Below, piece after piece: positions 1 through 14,347 of a stretch of DNA of 61,611 bases; the stretch's first letter is position 1; each line of letters begins with the position of its first letter. A program made the position numbers and the translations under genes. Below the pieces are notes generated by a model, which did no database searches, was not told the DNA's origin, and was given only the letters and a program-made list of their open reading frames with translations. The stretch is taken from contig CABXNE010000004.1 in NCBI GenBank assembly GCA_902513515.1, forward strand, positions 1 to 61,611. Direction: 5' to 3'. This stretch comes from an uncultured SAR86 cluster bacterium. GTDB taxonomy: Bacteria; Pseudomonadota; Gammaproteobacteria; Magnimaribacterales; D2472.

Positions 1-807
1 TACGTTCATTCAGAAAAATTTGTTGCAGATATGGTAAAAGCCCTTCAATTAGGTGCTATGAGTGAGTTTAAGGAGTTTTATAGGAATGCCGACGCTCTTT
101 TGATCGATGATATCCAGTTTTTTGCAGGGAAAGAGCAGTCACAAGAGGAGTTTTTTCATACATTTAACACGCTTCTAGACCGAAACCATCAGATGATACT
201 TACATGTGATAAATACCCTAAAGAGATTGATGGCCTTGAAGAGCGTTTAAAATCTAGGTTGGGTTGGGGTTTGCCGGTTATTATTGAACCACCAGAGCTT
301 GAAACCCGTGCCGCAGTACTTTTAAGTAAGGCAAACTCGATGGGCGTCGCCCTACCAAATGATTGCGCAATATATATAGCAGAAAGAATTAGATCAAACA
401 TCAGAGAGCTAGAGGGCGCATTAAAAAGAGTGGTTGCAAATTCTCGCTTTGCTGATCAAGAGATAGACATTCCGTTTGTAAAAGAGTCCTTAAAAGACCT
501 GTTTGTTATTTCTGCAAAAATGGTAAGCATAGACAACATTCAAAAAACTGTAGCAGAATATTACAATATTAAATTATCAGACCTTTTGTCAAAAAGAAGA
601 AGTAGATCTATCACCAGACCAAGACAATTAGCAATGGCGCTGACAAAAGAATTAACAAATCACAGTCTCCCCGAAATTGGTGAAGCTTTTAATGGAAGAG
701 ATCATACTACTGTTCTCCACGCCTGTAGTAAGATTAAAGAGTTAAGAAAAGAAATTCCCTCGCTTGAAGAGGATTATAGAAACCTAAATAGGACACTAAC
801 AAATTAA
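1..807 (+). CDS. dnaA: Chromosomal replication initiator DnaA (5'-truncated by window edge)
   Basis: Frame is open from base 1 ([11 protein letters not shown]...). Walker [28 protein letters not shown] and domain IV RPRQLAM...[10 protein letters not shown]; directly upstream of dnaN. Confidence 0.99.
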   Translation, partial: YVHSEKFVADMVKALQLGAMSEFKEFYRNADALLIDDIQFFAGKEQSQEEFFHTFNTLLDRNHQMILTCDKYPKEIDGLEERLKSRLGWGLPVIIEPPELETRAAVLLSKANSMGVALPNDCAIYIAERIRSNIRELEGALKRVVANSRFADQEIDIPFVKESLKDLFVISAKMVSIDNIQKTVAEYYNIKLSDLLSKRRSRSITRPRQLAMALTKELTNHSLPEIGEAFNGRDHTTVLHACSKIKELRKEIPSLEEDYRNLNRTLTN

Positions 808-1905
808 ATGGAAATCATTGTTAAAAAAGAGGATATTGTTTCAGCTCTTAACTCTACCTTGGGCGTCGTAGAAAAAAGACAAACACTTCCAATACTTGCA
901 AATATATTGTTTGAGGTTGATGAAAATTCATTTAAATTAACAGCCACAGATCTTGAATCAGAGGTGACAACAAGCGGCCCATTATCAAGCGTAACATCTG
1001 CAGGAAAAACAACAACATCAGCCAAAAAATTAAACGAGCTTTGCCGATTAATTCCAGACGGAGAAGAAATAAAATTATCATTGAGTGGCGATAAATTAAA
1101 TATTAATACAACAAATGGTAAGTACTCACTATCAACGCTTCCCAGCGCTGACTTTCCTATCTTTGATATAGAGTCTGGAGATTCACCGCTTGTTATTCCC
1201 GCTAAAGAACTAAGAGAGTTAATAAGAAGCACATCGTTTGCTATGGGCAATCAAGATTGGAGGCATTACTTAAATGGTTTATATTTATCAATTAGTGGTG
1301 GGGAAATTACAGCCGTTACAACAGACGCACATCGCTTAGCAGTTGCCAATCTTTCAACCCAATCTGATAACTCTTTTTCTGGAATCATCCCTAGAAAATC
1401 AATTAATGAAATGGCAAAATTTTTATCTGACGAAGATGGAGATGCGGAGTTAAAAATTAACGATGCTTCTTTGGAGCTTACAGTCGGAAATTTGGTTTTT
1501 AAAAGTAAATTAATAGACGGTAAATTTCCAGACTATCAACAGGTAATTCCTTCCGGCGAAAGCTCGGTTTTAGAAATTAATGTTAAAGATTTCTCAGAAA
1601 CTCTTAGCAGGGTTTCTGTTTTATCAAGTGAGAAATATAAAGGCATTCGATTAATTACATCTAATGATGGTGTAAGAATTTCAGCAAACAATCCAGAACA
1701 GGAAGAGGCTGAAGAATTTTTTCCAGCAACATACAATGGAGAAGAGTTAGATATTGCTTTTAATGTTACATACCTCCAAGAAATAATGTCTCATATGCAA
1801 GCTGACACATGCCATATTAATTTCTTTGGATCAGATAAAAGCTGCCTACTCACACCACCAGGAAGCGATAGCCCAAAATATGTTGTAATGCCACTCCTAA
1901 TCTAG
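808..1905 (+). CDS. dnaN: DNA polymerase III beta sliding clamp
   Basis: 365 aa; RQTLPILAN, ATDLE, TDAHRLA, LIDGKFPDY, C-terminal YVVMP; dnaA-dnaN-recF-gyrB synteny. Confidence 0.99.
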   Translation: MEIIVKKEDIVSALNSTLGVVEKRQTLPILANILFEVDENSFKLTATDLESEVTTSGPLSSVTSAGKTTTSAKKLNELCRLIPDGEEIKLSLSGDKLNINTTNGKYSLSTLPSADFPIFDIESGDSPLVIPAKELRELIRSTSFAMGNQDWRHYLNGLYLSISGGEITAVTTDAHRLAVANLSTQSDNSFSGIIPRKSINEMAKFLSDEDGDAELKINDASLELTVGNLVFKSKLIDGKFPDYQQVIPSGESSVLEINVKDFSETLSRVSVLSSEKYKGIRLITSNDGVRISANNPEQEEAEEFFPATYNGEELDIAFNVTYLQEIMSHMQADTCHINFFGSDKSCLLTPPGSDSPKYVVMPLLI

Positions 1906-1909
1906 GTTA

Positions 1910-5591
<3,682 letters not shown>

Positions 5592-5642
5592 ATAAAATAT
5601 AACAATACTAATTATTTAAACTTATTAAATATAGACTTTTGT

Positions 5643-7004
5643 CTACTTTAATATCAAGCCCTCCAAATAGTTTGAGAGCTTTGATGTCTCTATTCTTGTT
5701 TGCTGCATTGTGTCTCTGTCACGAATTGTTACAGAGTTGTCTTCAAGAGTATCAAAATCAACAGTGATGCATAAAGGAGTGCCAATTTCATCATGGCGCC
5801 TATAACTTTTTCCAATATTTCCTGAGTTTTCAAGCAATATCCGCCCTAATCTTAGCTTCTGGAGATCTTTTTTTATGTTTGATGCAATTTCAACCAAACC
5901 ATCATGATTTTTTTTGAGGGGTATAACCGCAGCTTTGATTGGTGAAAGATGAGGCTTTAGATTTAAAACCGTTCTTGTTTTGCCATCATCGAGCTCCTCA
6001 ACTGTATATGCTTCATTTAACACAGCAAGAACACCTCTATCGACTCCAGCCGAAGGCTCAATTACATACGGAACAGTCCATTTTTTTGTTTCTTGATCTT
6101 GTGTTGCCAGTCTTGCGTTTGATTCATTGTTTTCTAAAACACTAGATTGGATATCCAACTCAGCTTGATTCTTACTATGCGACCCCAAATCAAAATCTGT
6201 TCGGTTAGCGATTCCCTCCAACTCTTCAAGTCCATGAGGAAATTTATACATAATATCAACTGTAGCTTTTGAATAATGAGCAAGCTCATCTTCAGGAACA
6301 TGGTAGAGCTTAAGACTATTTCTGCTTATACCCTGCTCATCCCACCAATTTAACCTTGCCTCAACCCAAGACTCATGCCATTGTTCATCCGTTCCAGGGG
6401 CGACGAAAAACTCAAGCTCCATTTGTTCAAACTCTCTAACTCGAAATACAAAATTTCTAGGAGTAATTTCATTTCTAAAAGCTTTACCAATCTGCGCAAT
6501 TCCAAACGGAAGCTGCTTAGACGTTGAATCTACAACATTCTTAAAGTTTGTAAAAATATGTTGGGCTGTTTCTGGTCTTAGATAGGCAAACGAATCTTTG
6601 TCTTCAACCGGCCCTACTGAAGTTTTAAACATAAGATTAAAAGGCCTGGGATCTGTTAGTTTTTTTGATCCGCAAGATGGGCATTTACCTGACTTTAATT
6701 GGTCAGCACGCCACCTAGACTTACAATCTTTACAATCTACAAGTGGATCAGTAAAAGTATCTTCGTGGCCTGAAAATTTTAAAACATTTGGCTTTGTTAA
6801 TATTGAAGCGTCTAACCCCTCAACATCATCTCTATCAAAAACCATTTCTCTCCACCAGGACTGTTTCAAGTTGTTTTTGAGCTCAACACCTAACGGTCCA
6901 TAATCATATAGACCCTGCAAGCCTCCGTAAATTTCATTGGATTGAAATATAAACCCTCTTCTTTTGCATAGAGCCACCAGTTCTTCCATTGTTTTTGCTG
7001 TCAA
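5643..7004 (-). CDS. glyQS: Glycine--tRNA ligase, single-chain homodimeric (alpha2) type
   Basis: [69 protein letters not shown]; C-terminal anticodon-binding domain [14 protein letters not shown]. Confidence 0.97.
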   Translation of the reverse strand: MTAKTMEELVALCKRRGFIFQSNEIYGGLQGLYDYGPLGVELKNNLKQSWWREMVFDRDDVEGLDASILTKPNVLKFSGHEDTFTDPLVDCKDCKSRWRADQLKSGKCPSCGSKKLTDPRPFNLMFKTSVGPVEDKDSFAYLRPETAQHIFTNFKNVVDSTSKQLPFGIAQIGKAFRNEITPRNFVFRVREFEQMELEFFVAPGTDEQWHESWVEARLNWWDEQGISRNSLKLYHVPEDELAHYSKATVDIMYKFPHGLEELEGIANRTDFDLGSHSKNQAELDIQSSVLENNESNARLATQDQETKKWTVPYVIEPSAGVDRGVLAVLNEAYTVEELDDGKTRTVLNLKPHLSPIKAAVIPLKKNHDGLVEIASNIKKDLQKLRLGRILLENSGNIGKSYRRHDEIGTPLCITVDFDTLEDNSVTIRDRDTMQQTRIETSKLSNYLEGLILK

Positions 7005-7144
7005 AATAACCCTTTATATTTCATGTATAAGAAGATTACATTATGCAGCTATTTTAATTATATCTATAGGGTTTTTGTGTAACTCCGATAGATAAATCTA
7101 TAAAATTGATAATTAAAGGACGATAATTAGAAAGAAAACTTTAA

Positions 7145-8002
7145 ATGAAAATCATTTTTTATATTTTTACTATTTTTCCATTGAAACTTGCATTTCTTAT
7201 CTGGGATTGTGTTTTTAAAGCTCTACCTATAAGCATTTTAAGATTTCTATCTCCATTTAAAGTGACTAAGAAAAACTTATCTATCGCCTTCCCTGATCTT
7301 GCTAATCATGAATTAGATTTACTTGCAAAAGAAAGCTACAAAGAAACATTAAAAAGTTTTTATGAAACTTTATACACCTGGTCTCGCTCAAACAAAAAAA
7401 TAATCTATCAAACAAAAAAAATTAATAATAGGTTTTTATTCAACAGCCCCGAACAGAAGAACGGCCTAATAATTTTTGCTCTTCACAACAGAAGTATAGA
7501 TTTTATGTTGAGATGGATTGGCTCTCAAAGATCTCATACATCCCTCTATAAAAAAATTAAATCAAAACCAATTAACAAATTTGTAAAAAAATTTAGAGAA
7601 GAAGGAAATTGTCAAATGGTTGAAACCGGAATAGGGGGGGTAAAAACTATTCTCAAATCTTTAGAAAATAATCAAATGACCTGTATGGCGTCTGACCAAG
7701 TTCCAGCTGATGGGTTGGGGACCTACTCAACATTTTTTGGCAAAGAGTGCTACTCATTTTCACTTGCTCCTAAACTTGCTAGAAAATCTAACAAACAAAT
7801 TCTAATGTCATATTTATCCTACGATAAAAATATTGGCCACATCATAAATTTTAAAAAACCAAATAAAGAAATTTATTCCCAAAATGGAGTTGATGTTATG
7901 AATGCTGAAATGGAGTGTGAAATTAAAAAATCTCCTACAGAGTACTCCTGGGAATATAAAAAATTTAGAAAGCTCTCACAAGAGCCAAAAGATATTTATT
8001 AA
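7145..8002 (+). CDS. lpxL: Lipid A biosynthesis lauroyl/acyltransferase (LpxL/HtrB family)
   Basis: NLSIAFPD, H-x4-D (HNRSID), DQVP...FFG, C-terminal PTEYSWEYKKFR; syntenic position after GlyRS. Confidence 0.85.
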   Translation: MKIIFYIFTIFPLKLAFLIWDCVFKALPISILRFLSPFKVTKKNLSIAFPDLANHELDLLAKESYKETLKSFYETLYTWSRSNKKIIYQTKKINNRFLFNSPEQKNGLIIFALHNRSIDFMLRWIGSQRSHTSLYKKIKSKPINKFVKKFREEGNCQMVETGIGGVKTILKSLENNQMTCMASDQVPADGLGTYSTFFGKECYSFSLAPKLARKSNKQILMSYLSYDKNIGHIINFKKPNKEIYSQNGVDVMNAEMECEIKKSPTEYSWEYKKFRKLSQEPKDIY

Positions 8003-8004
8003 AC

Positions 8005-9447
8005 TTAGCGACGCCAAAAAGCAGGCGTAAATAATACAAGTAGAGTGAAGATTTCTAATCTTCCTAAAATCATAGCAAAGCACAAAATAAATTTTCCAAA
8101 CGCATTTACATTTGTATAGTTGCTGGCTACATCACCCAGCCCAGGACCCAAATTATTTAGGCATGCACCTACAGCAGAAAATGCAGTCTCAAAACTTAGT
8201 CCTGTTCCAAGCATTGCCATCAGTAAAAACATAAATATAAATACATAGATAGAAAAAAAGCCCCAAACTTTTTCAGCAATTTTTGCATCAATTACCTTGG
8301 TGCCAATCTTTGAAGTAAGAACGGCATTTGGATGAATGGTTTTTAATATTTCCTTATATGCTTGGTTAATCATTATTAATACTCTCCAAGCTTTGATTCC
8401 CCCGCCAACAGACTGAGAGCACGCCCCCATAAATGCACCTACCAGCAAAAGATATGGCAAAAAACCAGGCCAAAGCGAAAAGTTCTCTGTGGTAAAGCCT
8501 GATGTTGTAACTATAGAAACCGCATGGAAAATTGTCGAGCTAAAAGTAGAAAAAATATCGGTATATGAGTTACTTATAATATGAACGATCAAAGACACCA
8601 TAATTATCAACAGTACGACAGATAAGAAAAATCTAAACTCTGAATCATAAAAATATTTCAGCGGTTTCCCGCCAAATATTGCTACGTAGTGAACAGCAAA
8701 TGAGGCAGCAGAAAGCAACATAAAAATAATACAAACTGATTCTATTAGTGCGCTATTAAAAAATCCAATACTTTGATCATGGGTCGAAAATCCACCCCCA
8801 GCAACAGTGCTTAAACTGTGGGCAATGGAGTCAAATAAATTCATCCCTGAAAGTAGATATAGAGTTGCGCACACAACTGTTAGACCAACATATATTTTCC
8901 ATAAAGCTTTCGCACTGTCTGTTATCTTTGGGGTAAGCTTTTGATTGCCATGACTCCCAGGAAGTTCCATTTTGTAGAGCTGACCACCACCAATTCCTAA
9001 GGCCGGCATTACTGCTACCGCTAAAATTATTAGCCCCATTCCACCTATCCACTGAAGGAGCTGTCGATATAAAAGAATTGATTTTGGGAGACTATCTAGA
9101 CCAATAATTGTAGTAGCTCCAGTAGTTGTTATCCCTGAGACAGATTCGAAAATAGCATCGCTTATTCCAAGACCAAAAAAGTAAAATGGAATTGATCCAG
9201 CGCAAGCAAGAACAACCCAGAACAAAGTAGTAATAATAAAGCCGTCTGAAATATTAAGAGGCAGCTCTTGTTGACGAGTGAATGCCCATATGCTTACACC
9301 TAAAATAGAGAAAAATATGAAAGAGTATAAAAATATTTCACTGCCAGATTCGTTATATATAAAAGTAAGAGCCAAGGGCGGTATAAATGAAAGACTAAAT
9401 ATTCCCAGCAGAATACCCAACAAATTAAAAATTGATTTGTAATTCAT
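8005..9447 (-). CDS. trkH: Trk potassium uptake channel TrkH
   Basis: FESVSGITTTGAT, QWIGGMG, GGFS, TTSGF, LNNLGPG, GRLEIFT. Confidence 0.96.
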   Translation of the reverse strand: MNYKSIFNLLGILLGIFSLSFIPPLALTFIYNESGSEIFLYSFIFFSILGVSIWAFTRQQELPLNISDGFIITTLFWVVLACAGSIPFYFFGLGISDAIFESVSGITTTGATTIIGLDSLPKSILLYRQLLQWIGGMGLIILAVAVMPALGIGGGQLYKMELPGSHGNQKLTPKITDSAKALWKIYVGLTVVCATLYLLSGMNLFDSIAHSLSTVAGGGFSTHDQSIGFFNSALIESVCIIFMLLSAASFAVHYVAIFGGKPLKYFYDSEFRFFLSVVLLIIMVSLIVHIISNSYTDIFSTFSSTIFHAVSIVTTSGFTTENFSLWPGFLPYLLLVGAFMGACSQSVGGGIKAWRVLIMINQAYKEILKTIHPNAVLTSKIGTKVIDAKIAEKVWGFFSIYVFIFMFLLMAMLGTGLSFETAFSAVGACLNNLGPGLGDVASNYTNVNAFGKFILCFAMILGRLEIFTLLVLFTPAFWRR

Positions 9448-10805
9448 TAGTTTGTTAGGAAAAGATTCTCTATTTTTTCTTTATCTGTTTTTCCAAGAAT
9501 AAAAACTATAATCCTATCGTTAGGCTTGAGAAGTAAATTTTTTGAATGCATAAAAATCTCTTTCCCCCTTATCACCGCTGCAATAACACAACTTTCTGGA
9601 AGAGGAAGTTCAGAAATAGGCTTATCAAAAAATCCTTCGCTAAATTTATTTTTATGAATTATCCCTTCAATTGCCTCAGCCCCGCTTTGCATTTTAAAAA
9701 TTACCTCTTGAGGAACATCACCTTTTGCAAGATGTTGTAAAACCATAGAGACGGTTAGCCTCTGAGGTGAGAGAGCTATGTCAACAAAATTTTTGGGAAG
9801 TATATTTATATAGGTGTAATTATTCACAATAATAATAGTTTTTTTAGCTCCAAGTTTTTTAGCAAGAAACGCTGACATGATGTTAGTTTCATCGTCATTC
9901 GTTAAAGCACAAAAAATATCTATATTTTCGATGTTTTCACTTTTTAAGAGCTCTTCATCAGATCCAACCCCCTTCAAGACAATTGCTCTACTTAATTCCC
10001 TAGAAAGCACCTCACACCTATCCTTGTCTGGATCTATTATCTTAATTTTATAGTCATCATCTAGAGTTTTTGCTAGTGCAAACCCTATCTTTCCACCGCC
10101 TATGATCATTATTCTTGATGAAGAAGCATCTTGAAGCCTCATTTCTTGGACGATGCCATCAATATCGTTTTCTGCAGCCAAAAAGTATATTTCATCATTT
10201 TCTTTAATGATTGTTTTGCCATCAGGTATTAAGGGCTTTCCTTTTCTATATATTGCAGGAACGTAAGTATCTGTATCTGGCATATCACTTTTTATACTTT
10301 TAAGCTCCCTGTTAACCAGCATGCCATCTTTTCTAGCCTTCACTGATACAACTTTCAAGGAGCCATTTGCAAATGATTCAATTTGCTCTGCGCCAGGATG
10401 TTTTATTAAATCAACAAGGTGCTCTGTAACTTCATTTTCTGGGCCAATTGCAATATCAATATTGTCTTCTCCAAATGCCTCTAAAGAGTCAAGGTAAGAT
10501 GAATCAGAAAGCCTGCAAATTGTTTTTTTAACATTAAATTTAGATTTTGCGATTTGGCAGGAAGTAATATTGCATTCATCGCTATTAGTTACAGCTAATA
10601 AAATAGTATCTTGATCTGCCCCAGCCTTTTCGAGGGTTCTTGGATGAGAAGCATGACCAATTTCTGTAGCTAAATCATAATCTTCTTGAAGCCTTAAAAG
10701 CTTATCTTTATTTAAATCGACTATGCTGATTTCATATTCTTGCATTGATAGTGTTGAGGCAAGGCTACTTCCCACCCTTCCAGCGCCAAGTATTAAAATT
10801 TTCAT
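9447..10805 (-). CDS. trkA: Trk system regulatory subunit TrkA
   Basis: Two RCK domains with GAGRVG and GGGKIG nucleotide-binding motifs; adjacent to trkH. Confidence 0.96.
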   Translation of the reverse strand: MKILILGAGRVGSSLASTLSMQEYEISIVDLNKDKLLRLQEDYDLATEIGHASHPRTLEKAGADQDTILLAVTNSDECNITSCQIAKSKFNVKKTICRLSDSSYLDSLEAFGEDNIDIAIGPENEVTEHLVDLIKHPGAEQIESFANGSLKVVSVKARKDGMLVNRELKSIKSDMPDTDTYVPAIYRKGKPLIPDGKTIIKENDEIYFLAAENDIDGIVQEMRLQDASSSRIMIIGGGKIGFALAKTLDDDYKIKIIDPDKDRCEVLSRELSRAIVLKGVGSDEELLKSENIENIDIFCALTNDDETNIMSAFLAKKLGAKKTIIIVNNYTYINILPKNFVDIALSPQRLTVSMVLQHLAKGDVPQEVIFKMQSGAEAIEGIIHKNKFSEGFFDKPISELPLPESCVIAAVIRGKEIFMHSKNLLLKPNDRIIVFILGKTDKEKIENLFLTN

Positions 10806-10857
10806 TGTTATAAATTAAACCTCTTTTTGGTGAATTGGAAGAATTGCCGAAACTAAA

Positions 10858-11778
10858 TTATTCCTCAAAAAATTTTGTATATGAATTCGCTGCATCTGAT
10901 GCTGGGATAATGCGCTTCCCGGGGAACTGTAAGTGAGTAATAACTATCATAGAGTCACTTGTTTTTGTTACCAATCCATCGGGCGTGAATCTAAAACTAT
11001 TTACCCCAAGATCTTCATTGTTACCCTTGCATTCCTCCAATCCATGGATTTTAATTGCGACATTATTTTTTATAAAATACAGCCCAGGCCACCCAAAAAA
11101 CGCCTTAAACTTTTGAAATATTTCCTTGGTACTTTCTTTGCGTAAATCTATTTTGCCAGATAACTTATCTATCTTTGAGCAATAGCTTGCCTTACTATTA
11201 TTTTGATTAATGGGAGTTAGCTTGCTATTAAAAATATTATTGAGATCATTGCCAAGGTTTTTGATGCATATATAGACAAGTCTTTTTTCAAGATCTATTT
11301 TGTTATCTGATTCTAAGATCTCAATTTCATGAAAGCAGTAAACTGGACCCTCATCCATTTCCGCGGACATTTTCATAATTGATATTCCAGTTTTATTATC
11401 ATTATTCAATATTGATATTTGTATCGGAGACGCTCCCCTGTATTTAGGCAAAAGTGAGAAATGGATATTTACTGGCGCAATATTTGGCGCATCCAACAAC
11501 CAGTCAGGTAATATTTTTCCGTAGGCACAAACAACCAAGAAATCAAAGTCCAAGGACTCAATTTCTTTTTTAAATAAATCATCAAGCGCTCTAGGTTTAA
11601 AGGTGGGAATGCCAAGCCTTAATGCTTCTTTTGAAACTGGCGATGCTTCCTTGCCCTTGCTTCTATTAGATCTTTTATCAGGCTGGCTGATTACTCCCAC
11701 AATTTTAAATTGCTCTTTAAACAGGGAACCCAGTATTTTCGCAGATGCTTCAGGTGATCCTGCAAATAAAACTTTCAT
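10858..11778 (-). CDS. fmt: Methionyl-tRNA formyltransferase
   Basis: FAGSPE, SQPDK, AYGKILP, NIHFSLLPKYRGASPIQ, MDEGP. Confidence 0.97.
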   Translation of the reverse strand: MKVLFAGSPEASAKILGSLFKEQFKIVGVISQPDKRSNRSKGKEASPVSKEALRLGIPTFKPRALDDLFKKEIESLDFDFLVVCAYGKILPDWLLDAPNIAPVNIHFSLLPKYRGASPIQISILNNDNKTGISIMKMSAEMDEGPVYCFHEIEILESDNKIDLEKRLVYICIKNLGNDLNNIFNSKLTPINQNNSKASYCSKIDKLSGKIDLRKESTKEIFQKFKAFFGWPGLYFIKNNVAIKIHGLEECKGNNEDLGVNSFRFTPDGLVTKTSDSMIVITHLQFPGKRIIPASDAANSYTKFFEE

Positions 11779-11814
11779 TTTTATATAAGTTCGTTTAAAT
11801 TCTTTAAAATTTGT

Positions 11815-12306
11815 CTATTTCGAGGCTTTTTTTCTAATTCTGTCTCTTTTTAGGGGAGATAGATAGTCAACCATAAGTTTTCCCTCTAAATGATCGATCT
11901 CATGTTGAATACATATGGTTAACAAGCCAGATGGTTCGGCTTCATGAGAAACGCCTTTTAGATCCTGCCATGTTAAATAGATATTATCAGGTCTTGTTAT
12001 TTCTTCAGTTATACCAGGAACAGACAGACATCCTTCTGTAAATGAAAGGAGACTTTTGTCATTTAAAATTTTAAACTCAGGGTTTATGAATACTTTTGGG
12101 TCATTTCTTTCTTCTGATAGGTCCATAACTATAATTCTTTCATGAATATTAACTTGGGTGGCTGCTAGGCCTATTCCATCTTCAGCATACATAGTTTCAA
12201 GCATGTTAGAAGCAATAGTTTCTAGACTTTTGTCGAATTTAGTTACCGGAACAGCAACTTTTCTTAATCTTGGGTCAGGAAATGTCAAAACTTTTAATAT
12301 AGCCAT
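11815..12306 (-). CDS. def: Peptide deformylase
   Basis: GIGLAATQ, EGCLSVP, QHEIDHLEG; start taken at ATG 12306 (MAILKVL). Confidence 0.98.
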   Translation of the reverse strand: MAILKVLTFPDPRLRKVAVPVTKFDKSLETIASNMLETMYAEDGIGLAATQVNIHERIIVMDLSEERNDPKVFINPEFKILNDKSLLSFTEGCLSVPGITEEITRPDNIYLTWQDLKGVSHEAEPSGLLTICIQHEIDHLEGKLMVDYLSPLKRDRIRKKASK

Positions 12307-12369
12307 ATACACATTATATGTTCATTCTTTATAATCAACATCTTTATTTATGCTAAAGGAGCTAATTTT

Positions 12370-12864
12370 ATGTCCGATAACATCTCAGTTTCAATATTTA
12401 TGGGTTCAAAGTCTGATTTACCCATTGTAAAAGCTGCATCAGATACTTTAAATGAATTCAATATACCTCATCGCATGTTTATACTTTCTGCACATAGAAC
12501 CCCTGAAGAGGTTGTAAAGAAGGTTAAGGAATCGGAACAAGATGGCGCGAAAGTATTTATAGCAGCTGCTGGCATGGCCGCACATCTTGCGGGAGCCATT
12601 GCTGCGCAAACAACAAAGCCAGTATTGGGAATTCCTCTTGGAGGAGGAGATTTGGATGGAATGGATTCTTTGCTTGCTACCGTTCAAATGCCCAAGGGAG
12701 TTCCTGTCGCAACTTTTGCAATTGGAAAGTCCGGAGCTATTAATGCTGCTTTGTGCGCAATTCAAATGCTAGGAACTACAGATAAAAAAATTGCTGGCAT
12801 GCTTGTTGAGTATAAGGCGAAAATGCACGATGATGTTTTGGCTGCAAATGAGTCTATTCAGTAA
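12370..12864 (+). CDS. purE: N5-CAIR mutase / AIR carboxylase PurE
   Basis: MGSKSD, SAHRTP, AGMAAHLAG, VQMPKGVPVAT; SD GGAG upstream. Confidence 0.97.
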   Translation: MSDNISVSIFMGSKSDLPIVKAASDTLNEFNIPHRMFILSAHRTPEEVVKKVKESEQDGAKVFIAAAGMAAHLAGAIAAQTTKPVLGIPLGGGDLDGMDSLLATVQMPKGVPVATFAIGKSGAINAALCAIQMLGTTDKKIAGMLVEYKAKMHDDVLAANESIQ

Positions 12865-12870
12865 ATTAAT

Positions 12871-13428
12871 TTGAAAGAATTTTCATGCCCTGTTGAAGCA
12901 TCGAATTGGCTCAAAGAAGGTAAAATTTTAATCCACCCCACAGAGGGAGTTTGGGGCCTTGGTTGTGATGCAGCGAACGTAAATGCATGTGAAAAAATAT
13001 CTCTTCTCAAACAAAGATCTAATAATAAAAATTTCATTTTATTAGCCCCATCAATCTCTTTTGCCAAAGATTGTTCCGTAGAATTGAACCCATCACAAAT
13101 TGAGTATTTAGAGTCCATATGGCCAGGCCATGTTACAGTTATTTTGCAAGCAAATAATTCTATAGATTCTTCATTAAAAGCTCTAGATAATAGAATCGGT
13201 ATAAGAGTAAGCGGTCACTTACCTATAATAGATTTGCTGAATTCATTCAATAGCTTAATGGTTTCTACGTCAGCAAATATTAGCAAGGACCCAACCCCTA
13301 ATTCACTAACTGAAGTAAAAAAAATATTCAATGATCCTGACGTAGCAGTGTATGCTCATGATAATGGAAATGCCTTAAAACCATCTTCAATAATTGACTT
13401 AAAAAGCATGGAATATATTCGTGAATAA
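12871..13428 (+). CDS. tsaC: L-threonylcarbamoyladenylate synthase (TsaC/YrdC)
   Basis: PTEGVWGLGC, K-x-R, WPG, STSANIS, PSSIID; TTG start. Confidence 0.94.
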   Translation: MKEFSCPVEASNWLKEGKILIHPTEGVWGLGCDAANVNACEKISLLKQRSNNKNFILLAPSISFAKDCSVELNPSQIEYLESIWPGHVTVILQANNSIDSSLKALDNRIGIRVSGHLPIIDLLNSFNSLMVSTSANISKDPTPNSLTEVKKIFNDPDVAVYAHDNGNALKPSSIIDLKSMEYIRE

Positions 13429-14347
13429 ACTGAATAAAGATAACCTTACCTTGATTGAGTCAAGGTTCAAATTTATTCAAAGAAAAATAGATAAAAAACT
13501 AAATTCTTTAAACAAAAAATCTTTTCAACGAAATGCTGAAACCTGGAATCGTAAACAGGGTGGAGGCGGAAAATCTATATCTATTAATGGCGATGTTATA
13601 GAAAAGGCGGCAGTAAACTTTTCATCTATTTTTGGTAAGAAATTGCCTGCTGCTTCGTTAGCAACAAAATTAAAATCTAATAATTCTTCAAAGTTTCATG
13701 CGGTCGGAGTTTCTGTTATTTCTCACCCCTTCAATCCATATTGCCCAACAAGCCACATGAACATCAGGATATTTTTAGAAATTGGTAAAAATGCATTGAT
13801 TAATAATTGGTGGATAGGCGGTGGTTTTGATTTAACTCCATTTATTGTCTCTATAAAAGACTCATCTGATTGGCATAATGAGGCCAAATCAACATTAGAT
13901 GAATTTAGTAAAAAATATTACAAAAAATTTGCAAAAAACTGTGACGAATACTTTGTTCTTCCCCATAGAAATGAAAAAAGAGGAATAGGAGGCATCTTTT
14001 TTGATCAACTCCAGCATAAAGATATTGAGTCCAGCCTATTTTTATTAGAAAAAACTGCTGAATCTTATATTAATACTTATGAAAAAATTATTTTATCCCA
14101 CAGAAACAAAAAGTTTTCTAAAGATGACCAAGCTTTTCAATTATATCGAAGAGGGCGATATGTTGAATTCAACCTTCTTTTTGATAGGGGTACTAAGTTT
14201 GGGATTGAGTCTAATGGAAGAGCAGAATCTATATTGGCTTCCCTACCTCCTCTTGTAAGTTGGCCTTACTCTAATAGCAAAACCATTAAAAAGAAAAATA
14301 AATCTTTGATTTCATTCTTTGATAAGAGCTGGAAAGAGAGGATATAG
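13421..14347 (+). CDS. hemF: Oxygen-dependent coproporphyrinogen III oxidase
   Basis: GGGG, EKAAVNFS, HPFNP..PTSHMN, GGGFDLTP, CDEYF..HRNE.RGIGGIFFD, RRGRYVEFNL.FDRGT.FG. Confidence 0.97.
   Translation: MNKLNKDNLTLIESRFKFIQRKIDKKLNSLNKKSFQRNAETWNRKQGGGGKSISINGDVIEKAAVNFSSIFGKKLPAASLATKLKSNNSSKFHAVGVSVISHPFNPYCPTSHMNIRIFLEIGKNALINNWWIGGGFDLTPFIVSIKDSSDWHNEAKSTLDEFSKKYYKKFAKNCDEYFVLPHRNEKRGIGGIFFDQLQHKDIESSLFLLEKTAESYINTYEKIILSHRNKKFSKDDQAFQLYRRGRYVEFNLLFDRGTKFGIESNGRAESILASLPPLVSWPYSNSKTIKKKNKSLISFFDKSWKERI

Noticed and set aside
800-812. oriC/DnaA-box cluster between dnaA and dnaN
   Set aside because: The genes abut (TAAATG) with no intergenic DNA, and I saw no TTATCCACA cluster in the window; oriC is probably outside it.
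7005-7144. Structured leader (T-box or glycine riboswitch) for the GlyRS gene
   Set aside because: Only weak AT-rich inverted repeats (TTAATTAT/ATAATTAA, ATAGAT/ATCTAT); no T-box or glycine-aptamer consensus; best read as a divergent promoter region.
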